A stretch of 64,000 bases of DNA from Stylophora pistillata (GCF_002571385.2 NW_019217795.1:775708-839707), one strand, 5' to 3'; shown: positions 26,801 through 39,694, counted from the first letter of the stretch. The notes: generated by a model not told the origin, from the sequence alone. Program-made: numbers and translations.

Positions 26801-29497
26801 TCAAGTTGTGTCTGTCAGGCTACGAAACCGATAGATTTAGTTCTGGGAATATTTAAATTTGGATTGCATGTGGTCTCTTAAATGGTTTGATAAAGTACAA
26901 AATTAAGTTATTGAGTTTCAAAAGTAATCCAGTTTTGACATTTATTTTTTTGTGCCTTGTGATTAGCGTTAGAGATGTGCACCATCTTCTCAAACTTTCA
27001 CGTACAACGCTAAAACAAACTGCAGCTTAATCAGTTGGAATTTCTCACGCTTGAGGTTAGTTACGGTAAAAGCATTTCCATCACGAATCATCCTATTTTG
27101 AAATCCCTGCTTACCGGAATTCTCCCGGAAATGCGTCGATCTCATTCTAGTAACTCTATGGAAAATGTAACCTCAATTAAGTCAATCCAGTCGTGAAAAT
27201 GTGACCCCATTCAGTAGTTCAGCACATCCCCATTAGTCCGTTACTAGGAAGTACCGCTCCCCCCTCCTCCCTCTCGGTCTACACTGAGTGGCAAAACACT
27301 GTAAACCTTACTCCACGGTAGTGATAATAAAAACTCATTCATGCAAAAAGTCTATTAAACTTTACCAGGTTTGATCATCAAGTAAACTTCTTGCTTTCGA
27401 CTTATAAAAGCAGACGGTGCTTCGCAGAGGTAGATACCAGCATCGTGAAAATCCACAGCGTGGATAACAAACGTCTGACCAACTCGACTGACCCTGCAAC
27501 CATCTGCCATTCGTTCCTTTATCATACCAGAGGAAAGTTTTTGTTTTAACTTGACTCTTATTCGAGGATCGTTCATTCGACAGCTTATTATCACGGAATC
27601 TCCGACAGTTAGGTCTTTCTGTTGGAATGAATGCTTGGATTCCCATTGGAGAGCCTTAGCTGAAAAAAACAAAAACAAAAACAAAAAAAAACAACAACAA
27701 CAGGTCAATGAAGTCCTGCGAGTCTAGCAAACTATCACAGTCGGGAAAAAGATTCCGCCCTTCAAGAAAAGTCGATCTTCAAATAGAAATTCACATTTAG
27801 CTGAGAGGGTAAAAAAACTTTAAAGGCTGATAATTTCGAAACGTCAGCTTTTGTAATCGTTACGGTGGCCAATTTACTATTTCAACTTTGTTGATATATC
27901 CTAAAAAAAACTTTAATCTTTCTTGAAAGGTAAACAGACCTTAGGTTAATTTTTTTAAAATCTTTTATCACTTTCCCGCCCTCAGGAGCACTGCTTGATA
28001 TTTCTCTACTAAGCAGATCCAAAATCCTCCGTACATCCATACTTCTCTGAATAGGGACCTTGAGAAACCACGACGGCGACGGCAACGAGGACGTGGAAAA
28101 ACAAGAGATCTAATTGGCAAAACAGTAGCTCAGCACGTGCGTTTTGAAACTTTGTACATTTCATAGCCGTCCTATGCAAAACAACAACGTGAAATCGCCA
28201 AAATTTGCGTCGTCTGCGAACCGAAACCGCGACGGCAAATTATTTTGATTTCCATTTGGAACTCAACGGCTACTTTTTTCGTCCTGCGGAAGTTGAGCTG
28301 TGGCGCTATATGAGACAGTAAGCTCCTGCAGCCATTTTTGAAATTCTAACTAAGAGAAGAAATTCATTTTTTAATCGAAGTCTTCCTTGGCGTCGCCGTC
28401 GTGGTTTCTTAAGGTCCCTAACTAATACTTTACCTGGAGTGCCGCACATATTCTTGACGTCTCTCCACACCAGTCCCTTTGAGCAGTTCATTCTAGTGCT
28501 CTTCCCACCCGAGCAAACAAGGTATCCCGTAATGCTTTGCGGATCTGCAAACTTTCCATTAGGTTCCGGGCATTCTGAAGATGATCACACAGCGCATGTT
28601 CTCAGAAGAAATGAATTGCTTAATATATGTCCTGAAATGCTACAATCATCGTTCCTGAAATTTTATCCACTTTTTCATAAGATGTGGCATTTCACTTGTA
28701 GCCAGAGGCTACTGAAAATTATCGTCGTGACCTTCCGAACACCGATTATTTTCGTCTGATGCCTCTTAATTCCGGTTGATAAGTTGAAGTCAAAGCGCGC
28801 TAGAGTTAGTTGTATGGTTCCCCCAGATGCCCTACCCGTCTCAAAAAGTCTATGTTTACGCTAGTTATGAGCACCCGTAGGGAACCCATTCATTCCAAAT
28901 CAACACAATCATGTAGCATTACGATCTCCCAAAATTATAGAGACATAAATATCTGTCGGTACACGTTTAATACGAGGCAAAACCTGACCAACAGTTATTG
29001 TATATTTTACCTAAAACATTCAATTTGGTATGAGTTGACCAAAATCCAAACTTCTGAGCAGTTATAAACGCACGGCACTCGTACCAGCCACCCTGCGTCT
29101 TTGTAACGTTCTTTAATAGTAAAGTATTGATCCATATTTCTTCTTTTGCGATATCGTACCGTCTCCTGACTTCTTGATGCAGCATGGACAGAGGTCGTGC
29201 ATTCTTGTACCACTGAACCGAAGAAATAGTCTTGCCTTTTGCAGTACATGTTAGGTATTTATTTCTATGGACAACGACCCCTTGATATCTTGCTGTCACG
29301 TTGGGTCTTGGAGGGTCTACAGAAATACAAATTTCGCATCCATGTCGTTGCAACCCGACATTAGAAATTAAAACTCACAGGATTAGAGGTACGCCTTACT
29401 CGGAGATTGATCGATCTCAATGGTTGGCGTTATTGCAACTTCTTGCTTTCATTAGACTACGAGCAGTCCTTCTTTTCGGCTAAGTCAGTTGCGCGCA

Positions 29498-29544
<47 letters not shown>

Positions 29545-32500
29545 TAACGTTAGCGCGCCGCGCGGATCACTGGGAACAGGGCGAAGAGAGGTTCCCAACC
29601 CCTCTCCGCCCTGACTGGAAGTGAGGCGCACGACTAAAAGAAGCGCGCGAACGGACTCTTCGAAGAGGAGGGACTGCTTGTAGTCTATCGTTCAATGACA
29701 AATTCCGTAATGACATGGTAAGGTTCGCGAAAATATTTTTTGGGCCTCTACGTGTCCTATTGAGCTTAATTATTTGAGTTATAACTGAGGCCATGAGTCA
29801 CAACAACGGAATTGTTAACTAGGATAACACAATTCTCAATTTGCAACAACAGAAGCAGTGTCTGAATTTGATAGCTTGTTGATGTAGGGTAGAGAAACGT
29901 AAGGACAGAATGTTAACAGTCGATTCTACAGGCTTTCCTCATTACCTTGCAGTCTTGGTGTCACAACGATTCTTCCAATATTCTTGGAGAATCTGCGACT
30001 TCTCACCCTGCATAGATAGAGGCCCTGCATTTTGTTGCTTACTCCTTGAAGAGTAAATAGCTGCCCATATTTAGCCACGCCTTTTCTCGGTGTAAACATC
30101 GCCCCAGACGGTAACATCTGCCACAGTCTCACGTCCACCGTAGGGTCATTAAGCTCACAGCTGAGATCAACGGAAGAACCTTCAGGAACCGTACGATAAA
30201 AGTTTATCTTTCCTTTGTGCTGCAGTGATCCGCCTAGCAATCCCGGGAAGAAATGAAGAAAATAACAAGTTGTTAACCTAAATGTACCCAATGGAAAAAA
30301 ACGAAAATATCACTTTAAGTAACAAGTATGTGAACTAATAATTGACGATTTTGAAGAATTTTAGTGAAATTCTTCAAAGCGAAATCATCTTGGCGGATTT
30401 GACGATTTTGACGCAATTTTGTCTCATCTGCCATTTTCGTTAATGTATGCATTTTTGGACAGACTTTTCATTGTTTCCGGCTTATTATTAAGCAGTTTTT
30501 AATACTTTCAATTGTCAACATCTTATCTGACATCATCGTAATTATGTTTTCTGTGTTTTACAAATAACTCACAGCCGACATTGGAATTGATTTGCGAATT
30601 TGACCTCATTCTAAAGGATCAGGAGTTTGCTAAGTTCAGTCTTTGTACTTTTGAATCCCATTTATTTTTACGGTCATGTAACTTGATGTTTTCGACATTT
30701 ACTCAACACTGACAAAGATTGTACAAAAATCTAGTACTTTTTATGCCCTGTTCGTTCAGTGCTGTTGTCTTAGCTTGCCTGTGTGAGAGCGTCAACCAAA
30801 CCATCTATCGCTGGCTTGGCTCCAAATAAGGGGCTTAGTAACTTAGTAGCTTAGTTCAGTAATCTGAACGAACGCAATCTCCTTTGGCTTAATATATAAT
30901 TTTTTTCCAAGTTTTAAGTTGTTTTTAAGTTCTTTTATTCCCACTTTTCGTCATTTACAGTCCGTTTGCGAGGAAAAATGCGTCAATTTTCAGACGAAGA
31001 TAATGTATGAATTATCATGTTTTTTTGAACAAAGCCTTTCTTATCAGAGTATATTTGGGAAACGGTTTGAGAATAAAAATTCTAGAAATAGCGTTATGAT
31101 ATCATTTCCAAGTGAGAACCGATAAAAAAAAAAAACAAAACAAAACAAAAACAAAAACAATAACATGCAAGGTCGCGTATTATAAGGTAATATCAGACAA
31201 CTTTATACAAAATATTGGCTTGGGTGATTGGACACTAAGTTGGCGGTCCGAAACAAAAATCTATCGCTCGATTGGAGCCTGGTTCCGGGATGGTCTTACT
31301 GGAGTGATGGCTTCTACGGCTCACGGTTAAAATTTTGGCCATTTTTTTCTTTTTTCAATATCATTTCATCATTGTTGCCAGAAATTTTTTTATGGTTAAC
31401 TTTTTTATGTCTATTGGTAAAAATTTCAAGTGTCAATGTATATGCTCTAGGCTAAATATTTTGGTCATTTTACGGCTAACAGTTAACTCCATTGAGATCC
31501 TCTTGTCGTGTGTTCAGTTTGGGATTTCGGGCGCGATTATCGTACAACATTTTATAGATAGGCAGTCCAACTTTCCCTACAACTTTTTCAGTGACGAGAA
31601 GAGCTTGGAAAGGTTTCACATATTTCTACTTATAGACACCAAGTACATATCAATACTCGTTTTTATTATCCGCCAAATGTGCTTCGTAAAGTACAAATAA
31701 CGCGCGAGACGAGCACAAATATCACCCGATATTTGTACTTCCGAAATATCCGCGAAATTCACCCGCACTGAAGTAACAATTTGGCCTGTTGGATAATAAA
31801 TGTATCTTATTGAACGTTTCGTTGTGTGGTATCGTTGAGTATTTTTACTCCTTGTTTGTATTTGACTCGCCCTACGGGCTCGTCAAAATACGGCTCAATT
31901 CGTAAAAATACCAAGCGATACTACATAACAAAACGTCTAATAAAATATATTTATAATCCCACTGCACTAAGTCGAGTACAAATATCTTGCAATATTGGAC
32001 AGTTGGTTATTTTGTACTGTTAAAAAATTCGATCGACCGCTCGGCTGCGCACGCTACACTGCCCTACGTGCTTTGCTTTCCCCACTTTTACGTGATGTTT
32101 TAAATTTGTGACATGTTTGAATTTTGAATTAGTTCTTATCAGACATACCCCCAACGGTATATCCGTTGAAAAGTAGCCAAGGGTCGCTTGGCCAAAAGCT
32201 GGCTAAACAGATAATTAAAAAACTCAATTATTTATTATGGCTCACCGTCTGGCTTTTCAGTACCATGTTTCTCAATGAGAGAGTACTTTCAATTTTTCGC
32301 AGTGAGAGGGTACCTCCCAAATAAGTACCCAAAATTAAGCCTCGTTTGTTTGCAAAGTGCCAAACCACTAATTCATGACATCAGTTTTAACGCGTTAAAT
32401 TGGTTCACAAATAAACGAAGCGCCTTTCCGGGCGGAAATCCTTTGAACACTGGTAAAAATTAGGGTGCTATGAGATTGGCAAAATTGCCAAGTATATGCA

Positions 32501-33755
32501 GTGCTATTCCGCGAATTGTCGAAATTTTACGGACGTTTGAACAATGGGGGCAAGTTAATGCCCCCTTAATACAGATGCCTTCAAATGTCGCGACTTAACA
32601 GTGTCTTAGCTTCGTTAATTTTCAGCATATCACTCTCAAACTCAACAATTTTGCTAATCTCATTGTGGCCCTCTTTACAGCTGTGTCAATCGATTTCCGC
32701 TCGCCAAATCATGTCAAAAGTCGAGAAAACCGTGAAAGAGTATATTGCATGACAATCACAAATATCGGCACCGTAGTATTATTCCAAGTTCCAAAGGATT
32801 TTGAAGCACAGATGCCAAAAAAAAGACGCCGGAAATTAAAATTTCCTACTTGCAAGCCACAGTGTTATTTGTGGGATAAGAGCCTTTAATTGTCTTTGTT
32901 GTTATAAGCAAAATAACCGTCAGTGTTTCCGAATTAAGGTTGAAAATTAGTCGAAGATTCTGGAGTTATCTGCATGGGGTTATCAGTTTTAAATCTGCCT
33001 TTTTTTTAACAGATTAATTGAATTTTTCTCATTGATATTCAACGTAAACGTTTCTCTGCGATATGGTTCAATGTGTGCTTTTTTCATTATCAGAGGTTAG
33101 ATGAAAATAATAATAATAAAAAAAAAACGCCTGTAAGTTCAAGTAAAAACACTTGCAATTAAATTTAATGCAACGGTCGTTACAGGTTTATTGTTCTAAA
33201 GCAATGCAAACTTATCAGGAATTCTTAATGTTACGGTTTCGTTTTCTTTCCAGTTTCCATTTTATTCTAATTAGTTTACGCGAGACATATTTCCTACCCT
33301 ACCTCAGGAGTAGGGAAATGTTCCAACTTCACTAGAAATAAACCAAATTGAGCTTGTAACAGGTTTGTACTGAATCTTACAAGAAATTGAATATTTCATT
33401 TCACGCCTCTGAGAAAACATCCCGTGGATTTTGAGTGTTATTTGAATATTTTCCCAAATTCAGAAAATACCTCTAGCTAATACCGCCACCACATACGGCT
33501 TATGTCTGGATGCAGCGAGCGATTACAAAGTCACGACTGTAAAGAACGATTACATTTTTCTCCTATCCTCGCTGCTAAGGGATAAACAGAAAGGTCACTA
33601 GAAAACCATATTGTCAATCTAAAATAACGAAAGTGAAGGGTACGTCTTTTACCTTGAGCGCTCGTCTGTAAAATGCTCCATAAAGATACTGTTAACAAGG
33701 CACGCACGAATACACTCCAAAGCCAGCGCACGTTCGATCCCATCCAAATCGCCAT
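14873..33755 (-). CDS. VEGFR/FGFR-like receptor tyrosine kinase, 23 coding exons: signal peptide, 2 Ig, CBM14-like, 9 Ig, TM, kinase, tail ending ETVL
   Basis: Hand-spliced in frame through GT-AG junctions. Exons: 33755-33653, 30233-29946, 29316-29011, 28574-28434, 27659-27366, 26654-26352, 25156-24881, 24547-24230, 24086-23748, 22984-22655, 22321-22034, 21834-21505, 20888-20622, 20340-20059 (TM), 19346-19155 (LGSGAFG, VAVK), 18683-18576 ([15 protein letters not shown]), 17981-17782, ~17299-17177 ([11 protein letters not shown]), ~16848-16778 (PVKWMAIES), ~16523-16486, ~16229-16133, ~16053-15943, ~15151-14873. Confidence 0.9.
15420..15780 (+). mobile_element. Two decayed tRNA-derived SINE-like insertions in the last RTK intron
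   Basis: A/B-box-like remnants (GTGGCT..GG ... GGTTAGATTTC; GGTTCGAGCCC) followed by typical SINE body sequence. Confidence 0.5.
17343..17440 (+). repeat. Purine-rich GGGA/GGGGATA low-complexity repeat
   Basis: Repeated GAGAGGGGGATAGGG units. Confidence 0.8.
19540..19790 (+). repeat. Degenerate ~29-bp minisatellite
   Basis: Repeated TGT(G)ATTTTGGACACTAGTGGCCGATT-like units. Confidence 0.75.
28052..28420. mobile_element. MITE with TAG...CTA termini
   Basis: Terminal inverted repeats TAGGGACCTTGAGAAACCACGACGGCGAC / GTCGCCGTCGTGGTTTCTTAAGGTCCCTA; ends 13 nt from the CBM14 exon donor. Confidence 0.85.
28434..28574 (-). CDS. RTK exon 4: chitin-binding type-2 (CBM14/peritrophin-A)-like module
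   Basis: 141-nt phase 1-1 exon (cttcag|...|gtaaag) encoding [47 protein letters not shown]. Confidence 0.75.
29453..29687. mobile_element. MITE with internal poly(A) tract
   Basis: TIRs TAGACTACGAGCAGTCC / GGACTGCTTGTAGTCTA. Confidence 0.8.
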
Positions 33756-34333
33756 CAGTTATGAGAACGGCAACCTTGTACTAAAGAACAGTTGTCACAG
33801 CTAGGTTTTTAAAGCGACTCTTGAATCTTCAGTGAAGCGTTTTACACTGAAGATCAGCACATTCTTAGCGTGATTTATAGATGAATGGATGCTTTTGACG
33901 TTTTAACCCTGCTGTCGACAAATTTGAAAGGACAGTATCAAATTACTGTCACGAAATCTTGGTTGTCCGAAACAGATCAGAATTTACCATAACCTAGGTG
34001 CGTAGGAAACGTCATTTATCAATTATCAATTAGATCAATTATCGATAGTCTCGTTGCATATGTCGTTCCGTCTGAATCTTCCCTAAGGAATCCAATTCCC
34101 TGCTTAAAAAAGCGTTTTAACGACTCTAGAACTTACAACACAATCGTTACGCGTATCACATAGGCGTGAAATAGTCTGACAGAGCAACATTGTACAGTAT
34201 TTCTTTTATTTTGAATGCCACACCTGATATACCCGTTGACGTGGGCGAAGTATTTGCGGCATTTTTAAGGATCTTCCCTGACAACGAAAAGGTAAGGGTG
34301 CTTTTTCATTGATTTAGCGGGTCTTTTCGGCAG

Positions 34334-34569
34334 CAGGGGCCCATTTCTCAAAAGTCCCGGTCACTTCACGGGCCCGTAAAGCTGTTCTGTTTTCATTCAA
34401 GATGGATATTTCAAAAGTTTTGAAAATAATACAATAAAACTATCAGCTAAAGAAACAAAATGGACTGATTTGGGTGCCAGAACCTGCTTTTCTTTCCTTC
34501 AAATTTTGATTTTAAAACATGGCTTCGGGCCCGTTAAGTTAACGGGACTTTCGAGAAACGGACCCCAGG
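34334..34569. mobile_element. MITE; truncated second copy at ~36495-36690
   Basis: TIRs GGGGCCCATTTCTCAAAAGTCCCG / CGGGACTTTCGAGAAACGGACCCC; the internal sequence recurs at ~36500-36690. Confidence 0.8.
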
Positions 34570-35233
34570 ATCGCTGGGAGGAAAAATGGAGAGTGTTTCG
34601 AGGGGTCTTTAATTTCACGAATTTATGATCAGTTTTTGCGATAATTGTAGCCTGCCAGCAAGTTCTGGGGGTGGAATGGCCAGGAGACCCCACCCCCACC
34701 TCAATCAATTTACCCACGTAGCGTCAAGGATCTCATAGAACTCGTTCAAATACGTACGTGCCTCTAAGATTAAGAATCTAAAAAACCTAATACATACTGT
34801 CAAGACCTAATAGATTAGAAATTGAAATTGGACTTTAATTGATTTTAATAAACATTGTCAGTCCAGTGACAGAATCCTTTATCACAGATGAAAAAGCGAC
34901 AATATAGTGTAATGTCAGCTCCCATTCAGCCTGTGTTACAAAATAAAGAATTCTATAGCTGAGAGGGAAAAAGGGACTCACTGAAACAAAATCAAGGTAC
35001 ACTTGATAAACAGAAACATAAACAACATGCAGTATGATGCACGATCCTCGATCATAACTTCTTAAACAAAATCTACGTNTTGCGATAATTGTAGCCTGCC
35101 AGCAAGTTCTGGGGGTGGAATGGCCAGGAGACCCCACCCACATCTCAATCAATCAATCAATACTTTATTTACCCACGTAGCGTCAAGGATCTCATAGAGC
35201 TCGTTCAAAATACGTACGTGCCTCTAAGATTAA

Positions 35234-35335
35234 GAATCTAAAAAACCTAATACATACTGTCAAGACCTAATTGATTAGAAATTTAAATAACTAATCAACT
35301 AGGTCTTGACAGTATGTATTAGGTTTTTTAGATTC
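35234..35335. repeat. ~45-bp near-perfect inverted repeat
   Basis: GAATCTAAAAAACCTAATACATACTGTCAAGACCTAATTGATTAG, a 12-nt loop, then the reverse complement with 1 mismatch. Confidence 0.9.
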
Positions 35336-36231
35336 CACCCAAAGAGCCCCTGGACTAAAGCATCCCCGGAGCACCAGGAGAGCACCCCCCCGGGAGCTTC
35401 GGGAGAGCTAAGGCTTGCTCGTAAGCCACAATAAAAGGTGCTCCATGAACCTTTCCTTGATGAGCGAATAAATGAATTTTCGAACTACAAAATGCCGAGC
35501 TGATGCGAGCAAGATAAATGTAAGTAAAAGTGTAAATGATAAGCTCCCATCCTGTTTAATGATCAAAATTATAAAATTCAATCAAATATCTGAAGTTTTG
35601 TGTTTATCAACCTTTTAAAAAAATGTACATCTTTATAGGGATAGCGCGAATAGTTTTTACGCTCTGTCAGGTTGAATGAAAACGCTTATTTTCCTACTGT
35701 GATACCTTACATCAAACCATTTTTAAATGACCTTTGATCAATACGAGCTTGGCCGGCTTAGAAATGTGTAGGTGCGAAAGTTTCGAAAGACTGTCTTGCT
35801 CAAAACAACGAAAGCGACCTTAGAGTTCACCAACTTCAAAGAAGAATACCGACTAAAAAATCAAAATCGAAATATGGGATGGCGCAAGAAGTTGGTCTGA
35901 AGAGAGCAACTATTAAATCTAGGGCCTCTAAGGTCCCCTTCTCCTCGGAAGTTTTCGAAAATCGGGGAACACTGACCCAATACAATGGGAAGCAGTTAAG
36001 AGCCCATTGCAGTACGGAAACATTTGTTTCATGATTCTGTCATCATCGACATTTTCCAAGTGCGGATGATTTGTCGCGACTTGACCGAAATTCTGGCCGA
36101 GGTGGCCAAAAATTCGACCGTACCGCCGACAAAACTTGTCTCGGGTAGAATTTGTACAAAATAAAAATCGACTAAATGAACAAAACCGAGGACGTGTCGA
36201 TTGTCTTCGTACATGCTACCATCAGCCTGGT

Positions 36232-36407
36232 AATAGCCCATTTCCGAATTACCCTTGGCCTCTTTTTCAAAACGAGGCCTGGTGCTCAACCATTCTTGCG
36301 AAAATGAGTTTAATTTGCATGTGAATGAAAACTTATTATCATATGAAAGGTGAGCACCAGGACTCGTTTTGAAAATGAGGCCAAGGGTTTTTCGGAAATA
36401 GGCTATT
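36232..36407. mobile_element. MITE
   Basis: TIRs AATAGCCCATTTCCGAATTACCCTTGGCCTC / GAGGCCAAGGGTTTTTCGGAAATAGGCTATT. Confidence 0.8.
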
Positions 36408-36920
36408 GATCTGGGTTTGGTTTACCAGGAAGGCGATCCTTGTTTTGGTTAAGTTCTGGTGTATATACGTGTACCGGTTAACGAAAATATGTCCTGAGGC
36501 CCGTTTCTCGAATTAAAGTCCCGGTAGCTTAACGGGCCCGTAAAGCTGTTCTGTTTTCATTCAAGAGGGGGATTTCAAAAGTTTTGAAAATGACACAATA
36601 AAACTATCAGCTAAAGAAACAAAATGGACTGGTTTGGGTCAGTAGAACTTGCTTTCCTAACCTTTAAATTTTAATTTAAAACATGGCGAAATATGTCCTT
36701 CATTCTGCAATCGAGGGTAAGTGGGTAGAATGGGTAATATTAGAAATTTTAGTTCAAATCTACTTTCAGTTGTCCAGCAAAACACATATTAATTGCAATG
36801 TATATAGTGTGTATATAGTATGGTAATTCTCCAGCTGTCACACTGCCATTCGATTGACTGATGTCACACAATTTTCGTTAACCAGTACACCAAGGACATC
36901 GACGTAACCCTTGTCTTTCG

Positions 36921-37007
36921 CAACCTAGTTCCCAGGGTCTCTCATCTTCCCGCCCCAATCTCTCGCTCCAGGGGGCGGGAAGATGAGAGACCCTGGGAAC
37001 GAGGTTG
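36921..37007. mobile_element. Short foldback element; related copies at ~16985-17046 and ~18944-19014
   Basis: CAACCT(A/C)GTTCCCAGGGTCTCTC...GAGAGACCCTGGGAACGAGGTTG near-perfect ~36-bp inverted repeat. Confidence 0.85.
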
Positions 37008-37249
37008 TGTCTTTCGGTGCAAAACGTGGGATTTTAAAACTTAAAAACAATCTATAGCCAAGTTAAATCCTGGAAATTTGAGTTCTAATCCATTGGAAAA
37101 CTACGCCAACCAGTCTCAGGAGCATATCAGGATGTTGACCGGTAATTTTGAAAGCTTGAAATTCTTTTGTATGCAACTAACGAGACGAACATGCATAGCA
37201 TAAACTCTCTCCAACCTTGTCAATGATACCATAAACATTGATCATGGAA

Positions 37250-37849
37250 ACACTTTAATAATCGTTGTGTGACCGAGGCAGGTTCTGATGTAAGTTGTTA
37301 TTTGAACAACGAGACACGGACTTAAATAGAGGAGGACTTCATCTTGGGGAGACAGGTATTGCCAAAATGTATAACAACTTCGCGAATAAATTACATGAAT
37401 GTAGTTGACCTACTGGCCGTCTGTTCAATTCAGAGCGTAATCGCGACCTTGGAAATCCAATCGTTTCTCACCAATTTCTCCCGCCTAAACGAGGCTTTAA
37501 ATTGGCCTCGCTAAATATCAATAGTCTTTCTGCACACATTGATGAACTAAGAATTTTGCTTTCCGACAGACCTATCGATATCTTAGCCATAAATGAAACT
37601 AAATTGGATGACACAATAGGCGATAATGAAATTCATATTTCTGGCTATGAATCTATTCGTAGAGATCGCTCTACTAACGGTAGGTCTGGAGGGGGTGTTT
37701 GTTTTTTTATTCGTTCCGAAATCAATTATTCTGTTCGCTCTGATCTAATATGTGAACAAATAGAAAGTCTGACTGTCGAAATCAAGAAGCCCAGATCAAG
37801 GCCTTTTGCCGTTATGACCTGGTATAGACCCCCTGAACTACTGAGTTAA
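37250..37849 (+). mobile_element. LINE fragment: ORF1 esterase remnant plus ORF2 AP-endonuclease N-terminus
   Basis: DLNRGGLHL-like SGNH tail, then SLNINSL..ILAINETKLD..RRDR..GGGVC..WYRPP; truncated. Confidence 0.8.
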
Positions 37850-38300
37850 ACTAACTAACTGTACTTCTTTTATAAGGAATCGAACAATAGCGGGAGATTC
37901 TCTAAAATTTTAGAAGTTAGGTGTGATCATTCTAAAGGAAATTTAGCTGCAAATCCTGTGTTTGGGATGATTTGGTTATCATAGGAAATAGGTGTGATGG
38001 TGCGACTTAAAGGAAATTTATGATGCAAATCCTGTGTGTATGATAATTTGATTATCATATAGGAAATAGTTTCTGAAGATATAATTCTAAAATTATAACA
38101 AAAAATATTGCAATGTCATGCACAATTGTGAGCCTGGTCACAGTTGGATTATTATCAACTTAAGATATCCGCGAAAATGGGGGACGTAATGTTTGAATAC
38201 TGTTAACATCTACTAAAAAAGAGATCAAGGAAACTAACAATACATGGAGTCCTCCTGCAAAGTTCAAAGGATGAAACTTGCCTGCTCTACAGTCAGTCGA

Positions 38301-39199
38301 TCATTTCAGGTCAAATTTTGTTACGTGGATCACTTGAGTATAACTGATGTAGTCAGAATCCTTTACAGTCTTAAACGGGCCATCCTCTAGCTCCTTAATT
38401 CCTTCTTCAATCTGCTCGTCAGTTAACTGATGAAGCATACTCATGTATCGGAACATCTCGTACAACTTGGATTTTGTCATAGATATCGGGTAGTTGAACT
38501 CCTTCTCTGATACGCGGACGTTTGCATTTACATCGAGCTTTCGGAGAAGTTTCCGCTTTTGGATGCCACTCTCCACCGCTACTTCCTCTACTCGTTTCGC
38601 ACTTTCGAAACAGGGGTAACCTGTGTCTATCGTGTTTACTTTGATAAATATACCACCGGGGCGTAAAGAGCGCAGGATACTTTCGTAAACGGCGACAGGA
38701 TCTGCGAAATGGTGCGCGGCACCAGTAGCTAGCACTCTATCAAAGCAATGGTTTATCTCGGAAAGAGAAAAAAACTCTTCAGCCGTTTTCAGAATGGGGT
38801 ACGTTCCGTGTCGCTTCCGTGCTTTTTCTTGCATCTCTGGGCTGGGATCCACGCACCAAATTGGTTTGGTCAATTTGCACTTTTCATAGAGTTTTTCGGC
38901 AATGAACCCCGTGCCGCTACCGATGTCAGCGACATTGTGATGTGGCTGCAAATCCAAACATTCTATCAGGACTGGAATATTTCCTTCATAATATTCCTCA
39001 TAGAAGTAATCGAACTTGTCTGCTACAGAACGATAGTGATCTGAAATAAAATAAAGAAAATGTCATTAATACATGGATTGAAGATGTTGGAGGGTTTTGT
39101 AGTTATTCTGCTTCATATGTTGTTTCTAACATTACCATCAAGCCGCCTTTCGAATTTTCCAGATACTGAAAAATCAGATGAAGAATTTTCCTTTGGCAT
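38301..39199 (-). CDS. Class I SAM-dependent methyltransferase, 2 exons (39199-39136, 39040-38301)
   Basis: Motif I VADIGSGTG, CVDPSPEM, FDRVL..AHHF, LRPGG. Exon 1 MPKENSS...RRLD splices in frame to DHYRS. Confidence 0.85.
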
Positions 39200-39385
39200 G
39201 GTTTATCCAGTGAGTTTTTAAAACAAGCCACGAACTCGACTGAGATATAAATGTCAAGCTACGAACTCGATTAAGATGTAAATGTCCAATTTCGCAACGG
39301 CGATGAACTTGAATGGAACATTTGATGAATGCTAATCACAGGGTGACAGAGGGAAAGACAGGGTGACAGAGGGACCGTTAATCTG

Positions 39386-39694
39386 TTGACAAAGAGATAT
39401 AATCCCAAAGGACAGTATTCGTCAAAGGCGATACAAATATTCAAAGATCTTAGCAAGCTCGCAAACATTCCTACTCATAAATCGTCTGGAAAAGCAAAAA
39501 TGACAGGAGGGACTATATTTTTTGATTTCAAAGATCTGAAAGACAGGCTTATTAAATTGACAGGGAGTATAAAAGCTGGTAATTCAAGTATTCAGTTGAG
39601 AAATGAAGCGATAGAAATATTAGATCACCTCGTCAAAAAGAATAAAATTTCGAAAGAACAATATAGCAAGTATATTCAGAGACACTTAACATGA
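39386..39694 (+). CDS. 5'-truncated conserved Polinton hypothetical protein
   Basis: C-terminal LKDRLIKLTGSIKAGNSS..NEAIEILD motif typical of Polinton ORFs; starts at the element breakpoint. Confidence 0.6.
   Translation: MTKRYNPKGQYSSKAIQIFKDLSKLANIPTHKSSGKAKMTGGTIFFDFKDLKDRLIKLTGSIKAGNSSIQLRNEAIEILDHLVKKNKISKEQYSKYIQRHLT

Noticed and set aside
27820-27900. Additional hammerhead ribozymes in Penelope-like remnants (also ~60670-60700)
   Set aside because: GAAAC is present but the CUGANGA core is destroyed.
30233-30250. Mutated splice acceptor (CCGG) in RTK exon 2
   Set aside because: An in-frame TAG acceptor lies 9 nt downstream, so the gene need not be disrupted.
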